Shown here: one piece after another, positions 1 through 9,440 of the stretch | Numbering within the stretch: the first letter of the stretch is position 1 | Layout of the letters: each line of letters starts with the position of its first letter | Assembly: GCA_965230895.1 (NCBI GenBank) | Contig: OZ246394.1 | Coordinates: 916,668 to 980,667 of the forward strand | Direction: 5' to 3' | Origin: an uncultured Gammaproteobacteria bacterium | Lineage (GTDB): Bacteria; Patescibacteriota; Microgenomatia; Levybacterales; UBA12049 | DNA: 64,000 nt | Notes under the pieces: model-generated | The model's input: the letters and a program-made list of their open reading frames with translations, nothing else | Told to the model about the DNA's origin: nothing | The model's database searches: none | Translations under genes and position numbers: made by a program

Positions 1-488
1 TCATGAACTATGACTTCTTTGGATTTATCAACTCGCATACGCAAAATCCAGTCTCCACGAGCAATCATTTCTTCAACTGTTTTTGGTGGTTCTTCATCAG
101 TTTGAGTAATTTGCTTAGCTTCATTTTTTTGCGTGTAATCTTTTTTCTGACCAGCCTCCGCTTTTGCATAATACGCAAAATATGCTAAATCCTTATCTAG
201 TAAATCCTGAGCATACTTATGATAAATAGCCAGACGTTCAGATTGGCGATATGGCCCATGAGATCCACCTTTTCGCACACTTTCAGATTCCGTGAGACCA
301 AACCAATCTAGCGCGGAGAAAATAACATCCTCGGAGCCTTCCACAAAGCGTGCACGATCTGTGTCTTCAATACGTACGAGAAATTTCCCATCTTGTTTCT
401 TCGCATAGGCATAGTTAAATAACGCCTGATAGATAGTACCAATATGTGGATAGCCTGTAGGACTTGGAGCGATTCTTGTTCTAACCAT
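1..488 (-). CDS. gltX: Glutamate--tRNA ligase, 5' part (continues past the left edge of the window)
   Basis: Not in the ORF track. My translation from the ATG at 488 gives [44 protein letters not shown]...GPYRQSERL, with the class I RxAPSPTG, HIGH-like and RIEDTD motifs. The frame is open to base 1. Confidence 0.95.
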   Translation of the reverse strand, partial: MVRTRIAPSPTGYPHIGTIYQALFNYAYAKKQDGKFLVRIEDTDRARFVEGSEDVIFSALDWFGLTESESVRKGGSHGPYRQSERLAIYHKYAQDLLDKDLAYFAYYAKAEAGQKKDYTQKNEAKQITQTDEEPPKTVEEMIARGDWILRMRVDKSKEVIVH

Positions 489-526
489 TCTTGCATTATA
501 GGTAAAATTTACCCTATACTCAAGTT
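489..526. promoter_or_regulatory. Back-to-back -10 boxes for divergent, probably leaderless genes
   Basis: Minus-strand TATAAT (495-500) lies 6 nt before the gltX ATG. Plus-strand TATACT (515-520) lies 6 nt before the ATG at 527. An inverted repeat GGTAAA-A-TTTACC (501-513) sits between them. Confidence 0.65.
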
Positions 527-1693
527 ATGACCCTACATAATACTGCAGAGTTTATGAAAAAAGCCGGAATCGCTTCATCGATCGGCCTTGGAGGCATAAT
601 CCTCATCGTTATTTTCTTTAGAATTGGAATTGTTGTAAAGAATATTCTTTTTCCACCAAAAATTCAGCCTGCAAATCAGGCTTATGGAAAAATTCCGTTC
701 TTGGAGTTTCCTCAAAGCACAGTGGAAGGAGATTTTACGTACGATATTGATACATTGTCTGGCGACTTACCGGAATTTCCAGACCGAGTTAACGTATATC
801 CAGTCATAAATAACCCTCCAAATCTTCTTAATCTTGATACTGTAAAGAGAAAAGTTGTGGCAATGGATATGGTCGATACGACAGGAAATATCTTACCTGA
901 AATTCCAAGAGGAGGTCCGATGTACGAATGGGATGAAACAACTGGTTTGGAGCGAAAAGTCATTTTTGATATTGTTTCGCTTAACTTTACACTTACTTCA
1001 GAATATCTCAGTTCAAATACAGTACTTCGTGCTGCTAGGTTTAGAGATCTTCAAGATGAAACAGGCGCTGTCCCGACAGTCCAATCATTCTTGCAGGACA
1101 TCACATCTTACCCTGAGGATATTGATTTAGAGAAAACACGTAATCCTGATCCAAAACTTAACTATATTACAAAGCCGCAGATGTACACAATCCAAGGAAG
1201 TGAACTTGTCCCTGCAACCAGTCTTTCAAATGCTCAGGTAATTCGTGTTGACCTCTATCAAAAGAATGTTAAATATGATCTGGAAGCTGGACGGGAAGGC
1301 GATCTTACGAAGTTCAGAAAATTTGAAATGGACATGCCAATACTCTATCCAAAACCTCCTTATTCGACTATGAACTTTCTCGTAGCGTCAGGCAATAGTA
1401 ATGTTGAAATTGTTTCTGCTATCTTTAACCATAAAGATTTGAATTTAAAACCAGATGAAATTGGTACATATCCAATTAAAACTGCCGAGCAAGCATTTGA
1501 AGACCTAAAAGCTGGGAATGGATATGTCGCAGCATATAACGGCGGAGATAACCAAATACTTATTAATAATATTTACTTAGCATATTATCTCGGAGAATCT
1601 GAACAGGAATATCTTATGCCTGTTGTTGTTTTTGAAGGACCAAATGGTTTCTTTGCCTATGTAAACGCGGTAAAAGATGAAGCCATGGAATAA
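527..1693 (+). CDS. Hypothetical N-terminally membrane-anchored extracytoplasmic protein
   Basis: 388-aa ORF with one hydrophobic segment near the N-terminus. No catalytic motif recognised. Confidence 0.8.
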   Translation: MTLHNTAEFMKKAGIASSIGLGGIILIVIFFRIGIVVKNILFPPKIQPANQAYGKIPFLEFPQSTVEGDFTYDIDTLSGDLPEFPDRVNVYPVINNPPNLLNLDTVKRKVVAMDMVDTTGNILPEIPRGGPMYEWDETTGLERKVIFDIVSLNFTLTSEYLSSNTVLRAARFRDLQDETGAVPTVQSFLQDITSYPEDIDLEKTRNPDPKLNYITKPQMYTIQGSELVPATSLSNAQVIRVDLYQKNVKYDLEAGREGDLTKFRKFEMDMPILYPKPPYSTMNFLVASGNSNVEIVSAIFNHKDLNLKPDEIGTYPIKTAEQAFEDLKAGNGYVAAYNGGDNQILINNIYLAYYLGESEQEYLMPVVVFEGPNGFFAYVNAVKDEAME

Positions 1694-1694
1694 A

Positions 1695-2900
1695 TTATTT
1701 CTCTTCAAGCGAATCTAATGATGGAGAAACATACTGTACATTTTCCTCAATAAAGTTCATCAATATACTTGTATCTGTAAATCTATCTTGACTTTGCATA
1801 ACCACAATAATATACGTATGTCCATTCTTAACTGTGGATGTTACGAGAACTTCTCCAGCACCTTCTGTAGTCCCCGTCTTGATTCCTGTCACCCCATTAC
1901 TTCCAAGCAACCTGTTTAGATTGGTTAATGGATAACTTCTGGTGTACGCTAAATTGTTTATTGTCTTATATCTTGTTGATGTAATGTCTACAAAAACTGG
2001 GTGCGTAATAGCATGCGATGCAAGCCGTGCAAGATCGACAACAGTTGTATAGTCACCATCGTCATCAAGTCCAGAAGGATCAGCATAATGTGTTTTTGTA
2101 AGATGTAGTGAAGCGGCTTTTTCATTCATTTTCTTTATAAATTCAGCAGACCCGCCAGGATAATTATCAGCAATAGCTTGTGCAGCATCATTGGCGGATG
2201 GAAGCATCATCGCATACAGTAAATCTTTAAAGCGGAATTTATCTCCAGGAACTAATCCTAAACCAGAGCCTTCAACACCGTATGATTTGATTGTCAAAAT
2301 TGCATCCAATGCATAATAATCTAACCCTGTTAATGCAGTCATTATCTTTGTCGTAGATGCCATTGAGAAACGTAACTGAGGATTCTTTGAGAATAGAATT
2401 ACTTGAGAATCAGCATCAACAATAATTGCTGCATTTGCTGATATATCAGGTGTTGCTACCTTCTGAACAAATGGATACGGATGCAGTTTTGTATTCACTC
2501 CGGATGCATGGAATTCTTCGACGGCTAATGCTGCCACCATTTGGCTATTAATAACATTTAAAGTAACGAGAATCATGAGCAGTATTAATGGAAAGAGCAC
2601 AAGTTGCAGATCAGATTCGTTTTTTTGCAGAAACTTACGGATGTTTTTGTGCCTCCTGATAAATCGCAGTTTTGACAGCGGTACAGGCTTAATTGTATTC
2701 TTCCACGAAACAATTGCGTTTTTGAAAGCCTCAAAATAATTATGGCTATTTGTAACTTGCGGGGTGACTGTATCGCTAGATGTACTCTTTTCTTGCGCTA
2801 ATTCTTTAATTGCGTTCTCAACAAGTATATCTTTTGGTTTAGTCTTTTTTGCCTTTACGAACTTTTTCGGTTTTTTCTTCGATAGCTGAAAATCTTTCAT
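1695..2900 (-). CDS. D-alanyl-D-alanine carboxypeptidase (peptidase S11), membrane anchored
   Basis: SxxK (MASTTK), SxN (SAN) and KTG motifs, preceded by an internal TM segment. Start is uncertain; the ATG at 2900 overlaps the 3' end of aspS. Confidence 0.85.
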   Translation of the reverse strand: MKDFQLSKKKPKKFVKAKKTKPKDILVENAIKELAQEKSTSSDTVTPQVTNSHNYFEAFKNAIVSWKNTIKPVPLSKLRFIRRHKNIRKFLQKNESDLQLVLFPLILLMILVTLNVINSQMVAALAVEEFHASGVNTKLHPYPFVQKVATPDISANAAIIVDADSQVILFSKNPQLRFSMASTTKIMTALTGLDYYALDAILTIKSYGVEGSGLGLVPGDKFRFKDLLYAMMLPSANDAAQAIADNYPGGSAEFIKKMNEKAASLHLTKTHYADPSGLDDDGDYTTVVDLARLASHAITHPVFVDITSTRYKTINNLAYTRSYPLTNLNRLLGSNGVTGIKTGTTEGAGEVLVTSTVKNGHTYIIVVMQSQDRFTDTSILMNFIEENVQYVSPSLDSLEEK

Positions 2901-4230
2901 CAATACGCTCCATATCTCGCGGGAACATAGCTGCCTCACGAATATTTTTTAGACCAAGCACTTGCATTGTAATACGTTCTGCGCCAAATGCAAATCCTCC
3001 TTCAGGTGGGACACCATAACGAAACGCTTCCATGAACATACTTATTTTATTTGGATCCATCTTCCAAGCTTTTACATGCTCTTGAAGCTGCTTGTAATCG
3101 TTAATTCTTCTTCCACCGGATAACCACTCTACACCACGGCAGAGTAAATCCATACCTTCATTATACTCAGGTTCCTCAGGGTTTGGATAGACATAAAATG
3201 GTTTTTTCTTTGTCGGATAGCCATAAATAAACACTAAATCTGAACCAGTCTCTTCTTTAATAATTGCACAGATCTCCCGTTCATCTTCAGGGTTTAAATC
3301 TTTCTCCCCACGTACATCTCTTTTGGAATGTTTATAAATTCTCTCTTGTGCTTCGCGCAAACTTAACGTTGGAGTTTTCTCAATCATTTGCGGTAATGCT
3401 ACACCAAACATCTCGAGTTCTTTTTTACATTTCTTTTCTAATTCACCAAATATAAATCGTACCGTAGCTTCAGCCATATCTCGAACATCTGTCCATGTCT
3501 CAATAAAAGACATTTCGGCGTCGAGGGAAACAACTTCAGTAAGATGTCTTGCTGTAACACTTGGCTCTGCGCGGAAAACTTTATTGACTGAGAATACTCG
3601 TTCAAATGCACTCATTACAATTTGCTTGTAGAGCTGTGGACTTTGAGAAAGATAAGCTTTGTGCTGGAAATATTCTACTTCGAAGACTTCTGCACCACCT
3701 TCTGCAACTGCAGGTGCAATTGATGGAGCTTGGAACTCGAAAAACTCTTGTGATTTCATAAACTCTCGGAACGAATCAATAATCACTGCCTGCACTTTAA
3801 ATATTGCCTGCACCTGAGGATGACGAAGAGATAAAGCTCGATGATCCAAAAGTGTTGGTAATTCCAAATTTAAGGTCTCTGCACCCATATCAAATGGTAA
3901 TGTCTCAGCTTCTGCAAGAATCTCAACATCTGTTGCTTCAACTTCAACTGTGCCACTCGCAATCTTCTCATTAATTAATTTTTCTGGACGAGCATTTACT
4001 AAGCCTTTGATTGCAACAACAAATTCTGGTCGGAATGTTGTTGCAGCTTGATGTGCTTTTTCTGAAACTTTTGGATTGAAAACAACTTGTACTAAACCAG
4101 TACGATCTCGTAGATCAATAAATATCAATTTTCCATGATCACGTCGCGCGTGAACCCATCCTTGAATAAGTACTTCTTCGCCTACTTGTTTTGGTGTCTG
4201 TGCAGATAATGTTCGTTGTAAACCTTTCAT
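2839..4230 (-). CDS. aspS: Aspartate--tRNA ligase, short archaeal/non-discriminating type
   Basis: OB fold (GWVHARRDHGKLIFIDLRD), YLSQSPQLYKQ, motif 2 (FRAEPS...HLTE) and motif 3 (YGVPPEGGFAFGAERI). No GAD insertion domain. Start placed at the ATG at 4230. Confidence 0.9.
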   Translation of the reverse strand: MKGLQRTLSAQTPKQVGEEVLIQGWVHARRDHGKLIFIDLRDRTGLVQVVFNPKVSEKAHQAATTFRPEFVVAIKGLVNARPEKLINEKIASGTVEVEATDVEILAEAETLPFDMGAETLNLELPTLLDHRALSLRHPQVQAIFKVQAVIIDSFREFMKSQEFFEFQAPSIAPAVAEGGAEVFEVEYFQHKAYLSQSPQLYKQIVMSAFERVFSVNKVFRAEPSVTARHLTEVVSLDAEMSFIETWTDVRDMAEATVRFIFGELEKKCKKELEMFGVALPQMIEKTPTLSLREAQERIYKHSKRDVRGEKDLNPEDEREICAIIKEETGSDLVFIYGYPTKKKPFYVYPNPEEPEYNEGMDLLCRGVEWLSGGRRINDYKQLQEHVKAWKMDPNKISMFMEAFRYGVPPEGGFAFGAERITMQVLGLKNIREAAMFPRDMERIDERFSAIEEKTEKVRKGKKD

Positions 4231-4262
4231 TCTGTTGCTTATCATACCTGAAAACTCGTCAC

Positions 4263-4292
4263 TTGACAAGCTGATTCTCCTTACCATATACT
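4263..4292 (+). promoter_or_regulatory. Sigma70-type promoter driving the leader/attenuator
   Basis: TTGACA (4263-4268), N18, TATACT (4287-4292). The -35 overlaps a minus-strand TTGTCA-N17-TATGAT that could serve aspS. Confidence 0.65.
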
Positions 4293-4303
4293 TACACTAA
4301 CTT

Positions 4304-4387
4304 ATGCAAACGTATCAATCTTGCCGCCACAATTTTATGATTAAGAATCTCTATGTCCTCTGGACTAACGGGAGATTGGTGACGTGA
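4304..4387 (+). CDS. Putative 27-aa attenuator leader peptide MQTYQSCRHNFMIKNLYVLWTNGRLVT
   Basis: ATG 4304 to TGA 4385-4387, just downstream of the promoter. It covers attenuator segments 1 and 2. An alternative in-frame ATG is at 4337. Confidence 0.5.
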   Translation: MQTYQSCRHNFMIKNLYVLWTNGRLVT

Positions 4388-4421
4388 GAAATACAAGAAA
4401 AGTATAAAACAACAAAGAACC

Positions 4422-4449
4422 AATCTCCTCAAAAAGGAGATTTTTTTTT
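4422..4449 (+). terminator. Intrinsic terminator (attenuator) in the 5' leader of the 4467 ORF
   Basis: AATCTCCT-caaaa-AGGAGATT stem followed by a T run (T9 at 4441-4449), 17 nt upstream of the ATG at 4467. Confidence 0.75.
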
Positions 4450-4466
4450 GGAAAGAAGACAAAAAT

Positions 4467-5909
4467 ATGACAAATATAGAAACATCAAGACAATCAATCA
4501 GACGACCAGCAACATTGCAGGCTTTCGATTCCGCATGCAGTACAACTGAAGTTGGAAAAGTTGTCGTAGGGAACAAGCTTGCACAATCAAGCGACATTAG
4601 AAGATTAGGCAGTGAAGTTGCAAGAGGTGCAGAGGCAAATCCAACTCGAGTTGGAGAACTTTCTGAAAAAGTAAACGGCGCAGTCTATGGTGCGTTGAAA
4701 AGAATGTATGATTTAGCACCAGAAACTGAAACCGGAGACGGAGAGACTCCACAAGCCTTTTTTCAAAGACATATGGGCATTGCCGAGAGTACAGTTCGAA
4801 GATTAGCAGAGAGCGTAAATCCAAGTGACCCATTATTGGATGAGCCCCCGCATGAATTTGCATCACCAGCAGATGTTATCAAACACCTGTCGTCACCCGG
4901 TACTACGCCGGAGTCGCGAAGAGCGGTTACAACGAGATTGGCTTTTGGATTAACGTCAGCAGAAATGGAGCAACACTTTGAAGGAACAACTGAAGTCCTT
5001 CAGGAAGTTGATGGCATGATTGGATCCGCAATTATTGTTGGTCCACGCGGTTCAGGAGATATTTTTACAGTTCATGATAATAGAACCAATACTCTTGCAC
5101 GAGCAGCGATTACATTGCAAGCATTGTTTGAAGAACCTTTGGATCCTGATGTACACGTTAAGCAACATGATCTCAATGGAGATTTCCAACACATAGGTCA
5201 AACTGAGGATCAAACTGTTGGTTTGGTTGCTGTACGATCACGAATTAAATCGGGAGAGACTGCTTTATTAAAAACCGTTCGAGAAGCAATTTTGAGAACA
5301 GAAAAAGCAGATGAAGATACTACTGAAGCAGGCAATTTAAATGCATCAGATACACAAGATAGAATTGGTTCAACATTCGTGGCTCTTGAGGCAGAGCACA
5401 GTTATGATCAGAAAGTTAGTGCATTGAGAGACAGTGTCTTGAAACAATTCCAAGCACTCTACCCCAATCTAACTGAAGAAGATTTCGTAGAAGATTCAAA
5501 GACAAACCAACGACCTGATTCTGTTGACTTTACATTCCAGAGAGTACTTGTAAATAATATTCCAGGAATTGATGGATACTATGAAATAATGTTCTTCGGA
5601 CAGGATTATTTCAACTATAAATATGCTGTTGGTGATACAGATCCTGAAACTGGTAGACCTGACGGATGTGCTCATTCATTGTATGAAGGAACAAGGTTTT
5701 TCAAAACATATAATGAGATATTTAAACCAAACAATCCTGAAGGTATTGAAAGAAATATGTATGCAGACAGAGTAGAACAGTTACTTGATGATAACAGAAT
5801 CGATACCGCCGATCTGAAAAAGAAATATGAGGAGCAGCAAGAAGGGGCGAGTTCTGAAGTATTTGTGAGAAGACTCCCAAATACTGGAGTCGTATTTAGT
5901 ACGGTTTAA
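4467..5909 (+). CDS. Hypothetical protein with a possible divergent RelA/SpoT-like nucleotidyltransferase domain
   Basis: 480-aa ORF. The C-terminal half has SRIKSGETALLK ... QDRIGSTFV ... YYEIMF ... CAHSLYE in the order of RSH synthetase motifs, but degenerate. Confidence 0.55.
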   Translation: MTNIETSRQSIRRPATLQAFDSACSTTEVGKVVVGNKLAQSSDIRRLGSEVARGAEANPTRVGELSEKVNGAVYGALKRMYDLAPETETGDGETPQAFFQRHMGIAESTVRRLAESVNPSDPLLDEPPHEFASPADVIKHLSSPGTTPESRRAVTTRLAFGLTSAEMEQHFEGTTEVLQEVDGMIGSAIIVGPRGSGDIFTVHDNRTNTLARAAITLQALFEEPLDPDVHVKQHDLNGDFQHIGQTEDQTVGLVAVRSRIKSGETALLKTVREAILRTEKADEDTTEAGNLNASDTQDRIGSTFVALEAEHSYDQKVSALRDSVLKQFQALYPNLTEEDFVEDSKTNQRPDSVDFTFQRVLVNNIPGIDGYYEIMFFGQDYFNYKYAVGDTDPETGRPDGCAHSLYEGTRFFKTYNEIFKPNNPEGIERNMYADRVEQLLDDNRIDTADLKKKYEEQQEGASSEVFVRRLPNTGVVFSTV

Positions 5910-7576
5910 TTTGGCAAAATTAAATCTCTAATTTTTAATTGTAATTTTGTATTCCCGTTCCATGTGTTTTCATCGAGAACATATGCAATAGCAATCTTTT
6001 GCCCGACTTTAAGTTCTGCAGCCAATTCACCCATTCCAAAGGCAATTGCCTCAAATGATTTACCATTTTGAGAAACCATAAGCTTGAGATGATTTGCTTC
6101 TTTTCCAAGTACTCTTATATTTTCGACAGTAACTTCTCTACTGGCAAAGACCGGCTCAGGATTTGCCATACCAAATGGCGCAAGTGTTTGAATCTTTTCA
6201 TATAGTTCCTCATCGAGTAGATCCAAAGATAATTCTAAATCAATCTTTAAGCTTCTCGTTAAGATTTCCTCATCCAATAGATCAAGTGATGCTTCTTCTA
6301 AAAGCGTTTGTAACTCTTCAAATTTTGCTGTCTCAATTGTAAAGCCTGCAGCCATAGGATGCCCACCAACGTTTACAAAATGTTCTTCGTGCAATCTAAG
6401 AAACTCAATAATATTAAATCCACTTACAGACCGAGCAGATCCTTTACTATGTGTCTCACCAATCGAAAGGACAATTGAAGGACGATAGAATGATTCAACT
6501 AATTTGCCTGCAACCAATCCAATGACACCTTCTTTATACGTTTCATGTCCAACTATTAATATATGTTTTGGAGCATCAAATGAATTCACATGCATGATCG
6601 CATGCTCTGCTGCTTCTTTTAGGAGAAATTGTCTTTCTTTATTTGTGAGTTCTAATTGTGAAGAAAGTAATGTTGCACGTTGCTTATCTTTTGTACAAAG
6701 TAACCGCAAACTATCCATAGCAGATTCGATCCTTCCAGCAGCATTAAGACGAGGCCCGATGATATAACCAATTTCATAGACACCTATTGCCTCTTGGTTG
6801 ATTCCTGATTGTGTAAAGAGAGCGACTAAACCTATCCTTTTTGTTCGACGAAGTTTTTCCAAGCCATGCATTACAATAGTTCTATTTGCACCAGTCAGCG
6901 GTACTAAGTCAGCAACTGTCCCCAATGCAGCAAGTTCAAGGTGCTCATCGGATTCAGCATTGAAACCACCGTATTGTTTTCGAAGTTCTTTAGACAAAAG
7001 ATATGCCACCCCTGCACCACACAAATTTGTTGTATGAACGATAGCATGCGCATCAGGCTTTGTTTCACCAACAGCATGATGATCAGTGATAATAACATCA
7101 ATTCCGGCTTGATTTGCAAACTGCACAGCTTCATGAGCAACGATTCCATTATCAACTGTTATGATAAGTTTTATATCTTTAATCTTTTCTTGTACGTTAG
7201 TAATTCCTTTAAGTGAAAGGCCATATCCTTCATCAGATCTATTTGGTATGTAGGGTAAGCACTTAGCTCCGATATCATGAAGTGTTTCCCAAAGGATTGC
7301 ACTTCCAGTAATACCATCAACATCGTAATCACCAAACACGACAATCTGTTCTTTACTTTCAATTGCTTTTGCAATTCTTTTAATTGCGGTTTGTAGCGCT
7401 TTCTCATCAAGTCCAACTACCGAAGGTGTCACATCTTCCATTTTTGGATGAAGAAAAGTATCAATATCTTTCTTGGTTGTAATTCCGCGATTATTAAGGA
7501 GTAATTTTATAATAATCTCGATATCAAGCTTCTGTATTTTGTCAGAAACAAACGTCCATTTTTTCTTTGCTGGCAT
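5906..7576 (-). CDS. recJ: Single-stranded-DNA-specific exonuclease RecJ
   Basis: GDYDVDG, TVDNG, ITDHH, GTVADLVPL, PRLNAAGR and GGHPMAAG motifs. Confidence 0.96.
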   Translation of the reverse strand: MPAKKKWTFVSDKIQKLDIEIIIKLLLNNRGITTKKDIDTFLHPKMEDVTPSVVGLDEKALQTAIKRIAKAIESKEQIVVFGDYDVDGITGSAILWETLHDIGAKCLPYIPNRSDEGYGLSLKGITNVQEKIKDIKLIITVDNGIVAHEAVQFANQAGIDVIITDHHAVGETKPDAHAIVHTTNLCGAGVAYLLSKELRKQYGGFNAESDEHLELAALGTVADLVPLTGANRTIVMHGLEKLRRTKRIGLVALFTQSGINQEAIGVYEIGYIIGPRLNAAGRIESAMDSLRLLCTKDKQRATLLSSQLELTNKERQFLLKEAAEHAIMHVNSFDAPKHILIVGHETYKEGVIGLVAGKLVESFYRPSIVLSIGETHSKGSARSVSGFNIIEFLRLHEEHFVNVGGHPMAAGFTIETAKFEELQTLLEEASLDLLDEEILTRSLKIDLELSLDLLDEELYEKIQTLAPFGMANPEPVFASREVTVENIRVLGKEANHLKLMVSQNGKSFEAIAFGMGELAAELKVGQKIAIAYVLDENTWNGNTKLQLKIRDLILPN

Positions 7577-7593
7577 GGTATAATTTTAACAGC

Positions 7594-8997
7594 ATGAAGC
7601 AAGTTGTGCCAGAAGAAATTAAAAAAATATATGAACAATTTCGCGGTGCTGGTTTTCGCTTATATCTCGTCGGTGGATCGGTCCGCAATATACTGATCTA
7701 CAAAGAAAATGCCCTTCAAAATATCAAAGATTGGGATATGACAACTGATGCAACACCTGAACAAATGCTCGAGCTATTTCCCAATGCCTTTTATGATAAT
7801 GCATTTGGAACGGTAGGTATTCCAGTTAAAAGCTTGCTTGAGACAGAACATCCTGGCGTAGTAGAAATTACGACCTTCCGTACTGAACGCGGTTATTCAG
7901 ACAGAAGACATCCAAGTGAAGTCACATGGGGAAAAACAATTGAAGAAGATCTTGCACGCCGTGATTTTACAATGAATGCAATCGCTATGGAATTTAGTGG
8001 TGATACAGCAGAGATTGATACGGAACAATTAATTGATTTATATAACGGAGCAGAAGACATCCAAGCAAAAATCATTAGGACTGTTGGCGATCCAATGGAG
8101 CGATTTAAGGAAGATGCGTTGCGTCTCATGAGAGCTATCCGTTTTGCATCTCAACTCGGATTCCAAATTGAAGCGACAACATTAAAAGCAATAACTGAGG
8201 ATGCTCCGCTACTTGCAAGTATTGCACGAGAAAGAGTTCGAGATGAGCTGATGAAAGTTCTTGCAAGTGAATATCCTTACGAAGGAATTATGCTCTTAAG
8301 AAATACTGGACTGTTAGAACAAATTCTTCCAGAACTTCTTGAAGGCATTGGAGTCTCACAAGCGCGCCCAGGAAGACACCACAAAGACGATGTCTTTACA
8401 CATAATGTTCTTTCACTAAAACATTGTAGCTCAACCGATCCAATTGTTCGATTTGCAACTTTGATCCATGATATTGGCAAACCCCGTGTCGCTTCCGCTG
8501 ATGAAGATGGTTTTGTCATCTTTCACAATCATGAGATTGTTGGAGCAAAAATCGCTTATGAAATTTGCGATAGATTACGCTTTTCCAAAAAGAATAAAGA
8601 GAAAGTTGTAAAACTTATACGGTGGCATATGTTTACCGTTGACGAACATATAACCGATAGCGCGATCAGAAGATTTATCAGAAGAATTGGCAATGAAAAT
8701 GTCAAAGATATGATGGATTTGCGCGTGGGAGATAGACTCGGTGGAGGGACACAAACAGCTGAAAGTTGGAGATTAAAATTATTCAAAAAACGAGTTGAAG
8801 AGCAATTGGCTCCTGCTCCTTTCTCTATAAATGATATGGCTATTGACGGGAATGACATTATGAAAGAACTAGACATTAAACCAGGAAGACATATCGGAGA
8901 ACTTTTGCAAAAACTATTTGAAGAGGTTGATGAAGATTTGAATAATAACACTCGTGAATATTTACTCAAGCGGGTAAAGGAAATATATCAAAAATAA
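7594..8997 (+). CDS. CCA-adding enzyme / tRNA nucleotidyltransferase with HD domain
   Basis: LVGGSVR, DWD, EITTFR, DLARRDFTMNA, EDALRLMRAIRF and HDIGKP motifs. Start placed at the ATG at 7594. Confidence 0.92.
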   Translation: MKQVVPEEIKKIYEQFRGAGFRLYLVGGSVRNILIYKENALQNIKDWDMTTDATPEQMLELFPNAFYDNAFGTVGIPVKSLLETEHPGVVEITTFRTERGYSDRRHPSEVTWGKTIEEDLARRDFTMNAIAMEFSGDTAEIDTEQLIDLYNGAEDIQAKIIRTVGDPMERFKEDALRLMRAIRFASQLGFQIEATTLKAITEDAPLLASIARERVRDELMKVLASEYPYEGIMLLRNTGLLEQILPELLEGIGVSQARPGRHHKDDVFTHNVLSLKHCSSTDPIVRFATLIHDIGKPRVASADEDGFVIFHNHEIVGAKIAYEICDRLRFSKKNKEKVVKLIRWHMFTVDEHITDSAIRRFIRRIGNENVKDMMDLRVGDRLGGGTQTAESWRLKLFKKRVEEQLAPAPFSINDMAIDGNDIMKELDIKPGRHIGELLQKLFEEVDEDLNNNTREYLLKRVKEIYQK

Positions 8998-9432
8998 TTA
9001 TTTCTTTTTAGGAGTCACCTTCTGTACTGAAGTACAAAATGCACAGCGTTTTGCTTCCAATGGAATTTCACTCAAACACTCTGTACATTTCTTTGAAGTC
9101 GGATCTAAAGGTTTTTTATTTTTTTGCATATTTGTCATAAGCTTGTTCATCGGTGTAACGACGAAGAAATAGATAACTGCTGCGTTAATGAAGAAAGCGA
9201 TAAGGACATTTACGAAATCGCCAACTAAAAATTTTGAATTATTAATAGTAAAACTTATCTGCGAAAAATCTGGTTGTCCACCAATTGCGGCAATAAAAGG
9301 AGTAATTAAATCTTTAACGAGAGCGTTAACAACTGCACTGAAAGAAGCACCGATAATGATACCGACTGCCAAATCAACAGCATTTCCTTTAACAATAAAC
9401 TGTTTAAAACCCTGAAGTGTTTCTTTAATCAT
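8998..9432 (-). CDS. mscL: Large-conductance mechanosensitive channel with C-terminal Cys4 zinc ribbon
   Basis: FKQFIVKGNAVDLAVGIIIGASF signature. The C-terminus has CTEC...CAFC. Confidence 0.93.
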   Translation of the reverse strand: MIKETLQGFKQFIVKGNAVDLAVGIIIGASFSAVVNALVKDLITPFIAAIGGQPDFSQISFTINNSKFLVGDFVNVLIAFFINAAVIYFFVVTPMNKLMTNMQKNKKPLDPTSKKCTECLSEIPLEAKRCAFCTSVQKVTPKKK

Positions 9433-9440
9433 TAATTTGT

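Noticed and set aside
3-496. ORF-track ORFs 3..188 (+) and 308..496 (-), and a Lys-rich minus-strand ORF at 65..169
   Set aside because: All are alternative frames or antisense to gltX, whose frame has clear synthetase motifs.
4231-4466. T-box riboswitch or tRNA upstream of aspS
   Set aside because: No T-box consensus or cloverleaf seen, and the terminator points away from aspS toward the 4467 ORF.
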